From the IMG/VR virus record IMGVR_UViG_3300029309_000006, positions 1 to 64,000 of that record: a stretch of DNA of 64,000 nucleotides, one strand, 5' to 3'. Below are positions 26,747-34,523 of this stretch, one piece after another. The notes below the pieces were generated by a model. It saw only the letters and a list, made by a program, of their open reading frames with translations. It did not search any database and was not told where the DNA came from. Positions within the stretch are counted from its first letter, which is position 1. Every line of letters starts with the position of its first letter. Source of the stretch: a virus. The translations under genes were made by a program, and so were the position numbers.

Positions 26747-28482
26747 ACGATTTAAGAGTTTTAAATTTAAGCAGTTACACAACACCAAAAGTAACAGAAC
26801 AAAAAAATAGAGATTGGATTGGGTATGGAGAGGATAACAATTACTTTAAATATCTAATTGACAGATACAACGGAAGTCCTACCAATAACGCTATTATAAA
26901 CGCTGTTTCTGCGATGATCTATGGTAAAGGATTAGATGCTACCGATTCAAATAAAAAGCCTGAACAGTACGCTAAAATGGTTTCTTTGTTTAACAAGGAC
27001 TGCACAAGAAAACTTTGTTACGATTTAAAACTTATGGGTCAATGTTCAATGCAAGTAATATATTCAAAGGATAGAAAAACAATAGCACAGATAGAACACT
27101 TTCCTGTAGAAACATTAAGAGCAGAAAAAGCAAATGAAAAAGGAGATATAGAAGCTTATTATTATTTTTCAGATTGGTCTAATTTTAAATCTACAAGTAA
27201 AGCAAAAAGAATACCTGCTTTTGGAATGAGTAAGGAATCTATAGAAATACTTTATGTTAAACCTTATAGAGCAGGATTTTATTATTATAGTCCAGTAGAC
27301 TACCAAGGTGGCTTACAATATAGCGAACTAGAAGAAGAAGTAGGAAACTTCCATTTAAATAATATTATGAATGGTATGTCTCCAAGTATGTTAATTAATT
27401 TTAACAATGGTACACCAACAGAAGAAGAAAGAGAAAGAATAGAACATCGTATAATGCAAAAGTTTTCAGGCAGTAGTAATGCAGGTAAATTTATATTAGC
27501 ATTTAACGACAATGCAGATACAGCAGCAAGTATAGACCCAGTACAATTATCAGATGCACACCAACAATATCAGTTTCTAAGTGAAGAAAGTACAAGAAAG
27601 ATAATGGTATCTCACAGAATTGTATCTCCAATGCTTATAGGTATTAAAGATCAATCAGGACTTGGAAACAATGCTGATGAATTAAAAACAGCATCTATAT
27701 TACTTGACAATACAGTTATTAGACCTTTTCAGCATTTGCTTATAGAAGCATTTGACCAAATATTAGCTTATAATAAAATATCGCTTAACCTATACTTTAA
27801 AACTTTACAACCATTAGAATTTACAGACCTAACAAATGTAGAAGATGAAGAAACTAAAGAAGAAGAAACAGGTGTAAAATTAAGTGAAGATGTATGTAAT
27901 CATAATCATTTTAATTTAAGCGAAGATGAAATGACTACAATAGCAGATGATATTATTTCAAAAGGAGAAGATATAGGGGATGATTGGGAGTTGTTAAATG
28001 AAACACCTGCTCTAAATGATGAAACTGAAATAAAAGATTATTTTGAGTTTGCAAGGGTTGTAAGTGGAGATGCAAGAAAAAAAGACGAACAAGACACAAG
28101 TCTATTTAGAATAAGGTATAAATATACAGCAGGAAGATCAACCAAAGGAGAATCTAGGGAATTTTGTAAAAAAATGTTAGCTGCAAATAAAGTTTACAGA
28201 ATGGAAGATTTAGATAAACAAAGTACAGCAAATAGTGAACTTGCAGCAAAAGGCGAAAACAGCTACAATATCTGGCTTTTTAAGGGCGGAGTGAACTGCT
28301 CCCATTATTGGATGCGACAAATATATCTTAAAAAAGGTAACAAAAAAATATCAGTAGGCAGAGCAAGAAGTATAATAAGTGCTTTACCTAGAAACGAAAG
28401 AAAAGATGCAAGGTTTGAAACAAACCCACCTGAGGTTTCTCAAATAGCATCAGCAAGAAATAATTATTGGAGAAAAAATTAA
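26743..28482 (+). CDS. Portal protein with C-terminal MuF-like extension
   Basis: YGEDNNY, SPTNNAII, GSSNAGK, LGNNADE; C-terminal FKGGVNCSHYW. Confidence 0.7.
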   Translation: MNDLRVLNLSSYTTPKVTEQKNRDWIGYGEDNNYFKYLIDRYNGSPTNNAIINAVSAMIYGKGLDATDSNKKPEQYAKMVSLFNKDCTRKLCYDLKLMGQCSMQVIYSKDRKTIAQIEHFPVETLRAEKANEKGDIEAYYYFSDWSNFKSTSKAKRIPAFGMSKESIEILYVKPYRAGFYYYSPVDYQGGLQYSELEEEVGNFHLNNIMNGMSPSMLINFNNGTPTEEERERIEHRIMQKFSGSSNAGKFILAFNDNADTAASIDPVQLSDAHQQYQFLSEESTRKIMVSHRIVSPMLIGIKDQSGLGNNADELKTASILLDNTVIRPFQHLLIEAFDQILAYNKISLNLYFKTLQPLEFTDLTNVEDEETKEEETGVKLSEDVCNHNHFNLSEDEMTTIADDIISKGEDIGDDWELLNETPALNDETEIKDYFEFARVVSGDARKKDEQDTSLFRIRYKYTAGRSTKGESREFCKKMLAANKVYRMEDLDKQSTANSELAAKGENSYNIWLFKGGVNCSHYWMRQIYLKKGNKKISVGRARSIISALPRNERKDARFETNPPEVSQIASARNNYWRKN

Positions 28483-28483
28483 A

Positions 28484-28993
28484 ATGGCAACAGCATTATT
28501 CATAAAACCGATTGACTTAAAAAGAAACTCTATAATAGACGGAAACGTAGATGTTGACCACTTCCTTGGCTTTCTAAAGATCGCACAGGAAATTCACATT
28601 AGAAACTATCTAGGAACGGATTTATACAATAAAATAAGCACAGACATAATTGGTACTGGTGGAGCATCGCTAACAGGTAATTATTTAAACCTTGTAAACG
28701 ACTATATACAGCCTATGCTTATACACTTTGCTATGGTTGATTATTTGCCTTTTGCAAGTTACAGGCTTAAAAATGGTGGACTTAGTAAACCAACAAGTGA
28801 AAACAGCGAATCTGTTACAAAAGAAGAAGTGGACTATTTAGTACAAAAACACAGAAATATAGCAGAATATTATACAACAAGATTTATAGACTATATGAGT
28901 TTTAATCAAAGTTTATTTCCTGAGTATAATACTAATACAAATGATGATATTCATCCTGATAAAGATGCTCTATTCAATGGTTGGGTATTATGA
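28484..28993 (+). CDS. Head-tail adaptor protein
   Basis: AQEIHIRNYLGTDLY, FPEY; downstream of the portal gene. Confidence 0.6.
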   Translation: MATALFIKPIDLKRNSIIDGNVDVDHFLGFLKIAQEIHIRNYLGTDLYNKISTDIIGTGGASLTGNYLNLVNDYIQPMLIHFAMVDYLPFASYRLKNGGLSKPTSENSESVTKEEVDYLVQKHRNIAEYYTTRFIDYMSFNQSLFPEYNTNTNDDIHPDKDALFNGWVL

Positions 28994-29047
28994 AGTATAA
29001 AGTAAAGAAAAAAAATATTGACAAATTATTAACATATTTAAAGAGTA

Positions 29048-32000
29048 ATGGCAACATTAACAAACACACAAATATCGGTAACGTATGTAGGGTTATTAAA
29101 GACAAGTGCTAGTACAGTACTAAGTTCTACTGCTCAACAAATTACTGATGGTTCAGGCAATAATAGTATTTTATTTCTATCTACAGCAGGAGTTGGAATA
29201 GGTGGTGCTGCTAGTGCAGGTAAAGAATTTGAAGTTACAGGTAACGCTAAAATTACAGGAGACCTTATAGTAGATAACATAAAGATAGATGCCAATACTA
29301 TTTCTGCTGAAACTGGTGTTGTTACTCTAGCAGATGGTGCTATTGCTACAACTCAAAGTGCAAGTGATAATTCTACTAAAATTGCTACGACTGCATATGT
29401 AGATGCTCAGGTTACTGCTCAGGACTTAGATTTTAGTGGTACATCAGGCACAGGTTCAGTTGATTTAGATTCTCAAACATTTGCTGTAGTAGGTACTGCT
29501 AATGAAATTGAAACATCTGCAGGTAGCCAACAGTTACAAATAGGACTTCCCAATGATGTGACAATAAGTAATAAATTAACTGTTAATACTAACTTAGAAA
29601 TAGAAGATAATCACATTAACCAAACGACTGGTCAACTTAAAATAGAATCAGCAGATAGTATAGTATTAGATGCTACTGGTGATATTGTTTTTAAAGATAA
29701 TAATCAACAGTTTGCAAAGTTTGTAAACACTAATGGTATTTTATCAATTGAATCTACCCTAAAAAAACAAGCAAGTTTTGCTGACACAGGAGTTGAATTA
29801 TATGCAAATGATGTTAAAAAATTAGAAACCGAAGATGCAGGAGTTACAATAATTGGTGCTTTAAATGTTGATAGTGTGACTTCTACAGGTGGTGCAACTT
29901 TTGGAGGAACAGTAACTACTTCACAAATAACTAGCAGTGGTAATTTTACTATTGATTCAGCATTACAAATTATACTTGATGGTGCTGATGATGGTTCAAT
30001 ACAATTAAAAGATGATGGCACTCTATATGGTCTTATATATTCAACTTCAGATGACTTTTATATTAAATCAACAGTTTCTGATGGAGATATTATTTTTCAG
30101 GGTAATGATGGGGGTGTAGGTAAAACAGTTTTAACGTTGGATATGTCTGAAAATGGCAATGCAACTTTTGCAGGTGAGGTAAAATTGCAGTCAAGTAATG
30201 CTTTTACAACATTAAGAACTGGTAATGATTTTGGTTGGAGTATATATGCTAATTCAAGTAATTTTTTAACTTTTGGAACTGGAGCAGCAGCTAATACAAA
30301 AGCAACAGATTGGGTGACCATTCGAGATGACCTAGGTTACGTAGGCATAAATGAAACGAGCCCTAGCAATAAATTACAAATTTCAGATAGTACAGTAGGA
30401 ACAGATTCAACAGCAGATGATAGCAATTTTATAAAATTAACAAACAAAGATATTGGAACAGCAAATGAGGTATGGGGTTTAGGTTTTTCTAGCAAATCAG
30501 GTGCAACTGATTACTTAGGTGCCTTTGTTCAAGCGTTAGGCAATTTCACTAGTAACTTCAACACTTCTTTAATATTTGGAACTAGAGGAACCTCAGGGAA
30601 TGCCACCGAAAGAATGCGAATTAACAGTTCTGGAAAAGTAGGAATCGGAGAAACAGCACCTGCCGCTAAACTAGATGTTAAAGTTGCTTCAAATGAACAT
30701 TTTTTAGTTAGTGATTCTTTATCTACTGTATCATTAAAAGCTACTAATGATGCCGCTGCTGCTTACGTTCCAATGTCAATTAATGGTTCAGCTTTAACTA
30801 TAAATGCTGATTCTGGTGGAAACGTCGGGATTGGAACTGCTTCGCCTGGTTATAGACTTTCAGTAGCTAATGCATCAACTAGAATTGTATCAATAAATTA
30901 TCAAGATAGTATAAATACAATTATGTCTCATGCGGGTTCACCTAATTATGGTTTAGAAGCATTAACTATTAGAGGAGATTATATAGCTTTTTATACAGAT
31001 TATGACGTTAGTCATTATCAAGGTGTTGAAAGAATGCGTATAACATCTGCAGGACAAGTTAATATACATCCTATAAACGATACAAGTGAGACACTTAGAG
31101 TTTTTAGAGGTACTGGTGCATTTGCTTCTCAATCAATTTCTATTGATGCAAAAAGTGGTGATGCAAATATTAGATTACTTGCAACTGATACTGCAAGGTC
31201 AACTGTATTTTATAGGTCATCAGATGGAGGTAGTAATTTTACAGAAAGTATGCGTATAGGCAGTAATGGAAATATTGCTCAAGCAAATACAAGTCCAATA
31301 GCTGACCCTTTTGTCAATGGTGCAGAACAATGGATGACTTACCAAATTGGAAAAGCAGGAGTATTAGGTGCATACAAAAATAATAATGAAAGTATGTTTG
31401 GTTTTAATACATATTTTTCAGCACCAAGTGGAGTAAATAAAGCAATAGTTTCTGGTTTAGATGGAACTGCAACAAGATATTATGCTGATAGAATTACATT
31501 TAATACTTTAACAAGTTCTGGAACTACTCAAACGCAAACAGAAAGAATGCGTATTACATCTGGGGGTAACATTAACATAGGTTCTGGTGGTTTAACACAA
31601 ACTGCATATCAATTAAGAGTAGATTCTGATTTTGATAATGGTATTTATTTGAGTGCAGCTTCAGGAAACGATAGTGCATTGTATATTGATAATGGAGCTG
31701 GAACTGCAGAATTATTTATAGTTAGAGGAGATGGAAATATAAAAATACCTGGAATTGGTGTTACTACTGGTGCTACTGCTGTTGGAGTAGATTCAAGTGG
31801 TTTTATTAGAAAGTTATCATCATCAAAAAGATATAAAAAAGATATTGAGTCAATTGATATAGGTTTAGATTTTATAAATTCTTTAAGTCCAGTTAAGTTT
31901 AAAATGAAAGAAGATGATGTTGAAAGTGTTGGATTAATTGCTGAAGATATGATTGACAATAGGTTTGTTACATATTCACAAATTGATATGAAAGATGAAT

Positions 32001-32107
32001 CTAAAGGTTTGCAAGTCGAGGGGGTTAATTATCAAGCACTAATAGCACCATTAATTAAATCAATCCAAGAACTAAAAGCAGAAATAGAATTATTGAAAAG
32101 TAAATAA
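29048..32107 (+). CDS. Tail fibre with S74-like chaperone (spans the A/B junction)
   Basis: DNSTKIATTAYV, ERMRI/GNVGIG repeats, SSKRYKKDI, GLIAED, coiled coil. Confidence 0.88.
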   Translation: MATLTNTQISVTYVGLLKTSASTVLSSTAQQITDGSGNNSILFLSTAGVGIGGAASAGKEFEVTGNAKITGDLIVDNIKIDANTISAETGVVTLADGAIATTQSASDNSTKIATTAYVDAQVTAQDLDFSGTSGTGSVDLDSQTFAVVGTANEIETSAGSQQLQIGLPNDVTISNKLTVNTNLEIEDNHINQTTGQLKIESADSIVLDATGDIVFKDNNQQFAKFVNTNGILSIESTLKKQASFADTGVELYANDVKKLETEDAGVTIIGALNVDSVTSTGGATFGGTVTTSQITSSGNFTIDSALQIILDGADDGSIQLKDDGTLYGLIYSTSDDFYIKSTVSDGDIIFQGNDGGVGKTVLTLDMSENGNATFAGEVKLQSSNAFTTLRTGNDFGWSIYANSSNFLTFGTGAAANTKATDWVTIRDDLGYVGINETSPSNKLQISDSTVGTDSTADDSNFIKLTNKDIGTANEVWGLGFSSKSGATDYLGAFVQALGNFTSNFNTSLIFGTRGTSGNATERMRINSSGKVGIGETAPAAKLDVKVASNEHFLVSDSLSTVSLKATNDAAAAYVPMSINGSALTINADSGGNVGIGTASPGYRLSVANASTRIVSINYQDSINTIMSHAGSPNYGLEALTIRGDYIAFYTDYDVSHYQGVERMRITSAGQVNIHPINDTSETLRVFRGTGAFASQSISIDAKSGDANIRLLATDTARSTVFYRSSDGGSNFTESMRIGSNGNIAQANTSPIADPFVNGAEQWMTYQIGKAGVLGAYKNNNESMFGFNTYFSAPSGVNKAIVSGLDGTATRYYADRITFNTLTSSGTTQTQTERMRITSGGNINIGSGGLTQTAYQLRVDSDFDNGIYLSAASGNDSALYIDNGAGTAELFIVRGDGNIKIPGIGVTTGATAVGVDSSGFIRKLSSSKRYKKDIESIDIGLDFINSLSPVKFKMKEDDVESVGLIAEDMIDNRFVTYSQIDMKDESKGLQVEGVNYQALIAPLIKSIQELKAEIELLKSK
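30327..30616 (+). repeat. Direct repeat copy 2 (tail-fibre module)
   Basis: 284/290 identical to 1-290. Identity ends at GAAAGAATG (ERM motif). Confidence 0.97.
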
Positions 32108-34522
32108 ATGGCAAATTTATCTAATATTAATGATTTATTTGAGGTTGAAAGTACTGGTGCTATTAAATTCAGTAATCAATCAGGTACTTCTGGGCAAGTA
32201 TTAAAATCAAATGGTAATGCAGCTCCAACGTGGGTAAATGCTTCAACTGTTATAGGTGGACCATATTTACCTTTAACAGGTGGTACGCTTACAGGTAATT
32301 TAGCAATAAACGGTTCTAATAGTTTAACAGTTGGTGGAGCTTTATCAGGAAGCACTGCAACCTTTTCAGGTAACGTAGGAATTGGAGTTGCTGCTCATGG
32401 TACCGCTTCTTTAAATATTACAAACGCCAATCAACATATACGATTAAATAATGGCTCAGAACTTGGAGTTATATCTCTTTTATCAACTGGTGAATTAGAT
32501 ATTTGGGGACATGGCACTAATGAAACAATTAATTTTAGAACTGGAACTGGAAGTGGTACTGTTGCTTTAGATATAACTGGAGTTAACTCAACTTTTGCAG
32601 GAAACGTAGGAATAGGTCGTTCTCCAGTGGCTTATGGTTCTTTTAAGGTTTTAAATTTAGCAGGTTCTTCAGGTGCAATACAAAAATTAATACACACAGG
32701 AAATACTGTTGAATTACAATCTTTTGCATCAGCTTCAGTTGGCGCTATTGGTACAGCGACAAATCATTCTTTATTGTTAACAACAGGTGACGTAACTGCT
32801 TTAACCATAGATACACATCAACAGATTTCATTAAACGGAGTAGGTGGAAGTGATGGATTCACTGTGCCTTTTTACAATGACCCAGGCTACAGTAATATGA
32901 CAGCAGGTGGGTTTGGCATATTGTTTAGAAATAATTATGATTCTTATGTAACCAATAATGCTTATTATGTTGCCGATCCTGGTGGACAATGGAGATCAAA
33001 ATACACCACTAGAGCTGCAAGTGTTTTATCAATGCTAGATGGTAAATTTGGCTTTTCTACCGCAGCTGCAAATACAACTTCTCCTTATGGGCTTGCTTTT
33101 AGTGAGGTCATGACTATTTTACAAAACGGAAACGTAGGAATTGGAACTACTAACCCTATATTATATAGTAGTGGGTGGGGAAAAGCTTTGGGAATAAAAG
33201 CAGCAAGCGGATATGCCGTAATACAAGTTGCTGGTAGTAATGGAAATGGAGGAGAGGTAGACTTAGGAGATGCTTCTATACGTCACGCTGCTATTGCTTC
33301 TTTAACTGGCTCTAAATTGGCATTTTATACTAACGGTTCAAATTCTGGGTCTACTGTCTTACAAAGAATGACTATTGACGGTTCTGGAAAAGTAGGAATC
33401 GGAACGGCTTCGCCTGTGGCTAAATTTCATGTATCAGGTGATACTGGCGGTACTGATTCAATAGCAAGATTTCAAAACACAAATTCAGCTAAAGTTACAA
33501 AAATACAATTATTAGATAGTTCAGGTACTGTAGGAGATGCTCTTATAGCGTACGATCATTCAAATGCAAGTTCAGGTTTACATTATTTAGGAATGGGTGT
33601 TAATAATATCACAACTTTAGTTATAAACAATAATGACAATGTAGGAATCGGGACGACTTCACCTAATAAAAAATTAACAGTATATGGCGGTAATGATAAT
33701 GGTATATGGATAGATAGTCAAGGTGCTCAATATACTTCATTAGCTTTTGGTAACAATGGAACTGAAAAAGCTAATATAGCGTGGGATAATACCAATGGAT
33801 ATACTAATATAAGCACTTATTCAAATGGTCATTTAGCTATGTCTACAGGTGGTTCAATAAATGCATTTCTTAACTCTAGTGGTAATTTTGGAATAGGGCT
33901 TACAATTCCTAGTGCTAAATTACATGTTCAAGGAAAAGTAAAAATTAATAGTGCTACAGCACCTGCAGGTAATGCAGAATTAAACATAGGCTACGTAGGT
34001 GGCGGAGAAACTAGGTCAATAGATATACATGGTGGCTGGACTGGAAATGAAAGTAAATCAATAACTTTTACACACGGTACTTCGCTTGCTGACATAGTTG
34101 GTCAAATTAATGTTCAACATACTAGTCCAGGTTCTAGAATAAGATGGGGAAAATTATTCCATAGTGGTAATTCTAGCACTTATACAATGACATTGACATC
34201 AACATCAACAACAACAGCAGATCTAACTGTCGCGGGCAATATAACTGCTTCAGCCGATGTAGTAGCTTATTCTGATAAACGATTAAAATCAAATATAAAA
34301 ACACTTGACGGGTCAAAAGTATTAAAAATGCGTGGTGTGTCATTTGATAAAGAAGGCCAAAAAGGTAGTGGGGTTATAGCTCAAGAGTTAGAAAAAATTG
34401 CACCTGAGTTAGTAAATAATGATAATGAATATAAAGGAGTTGCATATGGTAATTTAACTGGTTATCTTATTGAAGCTATAAAAGAATTAGAAGCTAGAGT
34501 AAAAGAATTAGAAAACAAATAA
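32108..34522 (+). CDS. Tail fibre with S74-like chaperone
   Basis: YLPLTGGTLTG, multiple GNVGIGTT.P, SDKRLKSNI, GVIAQE. Confidence 0.88.
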   Translation: MANLSNINDLFEVESTGAIKFSNQSGTSGQVLKSNGNAAPTWVNASTVIGGPYLPLTGGTLTGNLAINGSNSLTVGGALSGSTATFSGNVGIGVAAHGTASLNITNANQHIRLNNGSELGVISLLSTGELDIWGHGTNETINFRTGTGSGTVALDITGVNSTFAGNVGIGRSPVAYGSFKVLNLAGSSGAIQKLIHTGNTVELQSFASASVGAIGTATNHSLLLTTGDVTALTIDTHQQISLNGVGGSDGFTVPFYNDPGYSNMTAGGFGILFRNNYDSYVTNNAYYVADPGGQWRSKYTTRAASVLSMLDGKFGFSTAAANTTSPYGLAFSEVMTILQNGNVGIGTTNPILYSSGWGKALGIKAASGYAVIQVAGSNGNGGEVDLGDASIRHAAIASLTGSKLAFYTNGSNSGSTVLQRMTIDGSGKVGIGTASPVAKFHVSGDTGGTDSIARFQNTNSAKVTKIQLLDSSGTVGDALIAYDHSNASSGLHYLGMGVNNITTLVINNNDNVGIGTTSPNKKLTVYGGNDNGIWIDSQGAQYTSLAFGNNGTEKANIAWDNTNGYTNISTYSNGHLAMSTGGSINAFLNSSGNFGIGLTIPSAKLHVQGKVKINSATAPAGNAELNIGYVGGGETRSIDIHGGWTGNESKSITFTHGTSLADIVGQINVQHTSPGSRIRWGKLFHSGNSSTYTMTLTSTSTTTADLTVAGNITASADVVAYSDKRLKSNIKTLDGSKVLKMRGVSFDKEGQKGSGVIAQELEKIAPELVNNDNEYKGVAYGNLTGYLIEAIKELEARVKELENK

Positions 34523-34523
34523 T

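Larger units (their letters stand above)
1..30326 (+). mobile_element. Unit A: apparently complete ~30.3 kb siphovirus-type phage genome (circularly closable through the fibre gene)
   Basis: Full head, tail, packaging, lysis and replication gene set. 30327 onward repeats position 1 onward in the same reading frame of the fibre gene. No integrase or repressor seen. Confidence 0.8.

Noticed and set aside
1-30326. Unit A as a satellite (PICI/P4-like) parasitising unit B
   Set aside because: Unit A encodes its own full head, tail, packaging and lysis functions, so helper dependence is not supported by the sequence.
1-30616. Diversity-generating retroelement (TR/VR pair) explaining the 290-bp repeat
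   Set aside because: Mismatches include two G/C changes and are not adenine-specific on either strand. Both copies are mid-gene coding sequence, and no reverse transcriptase is in the window.
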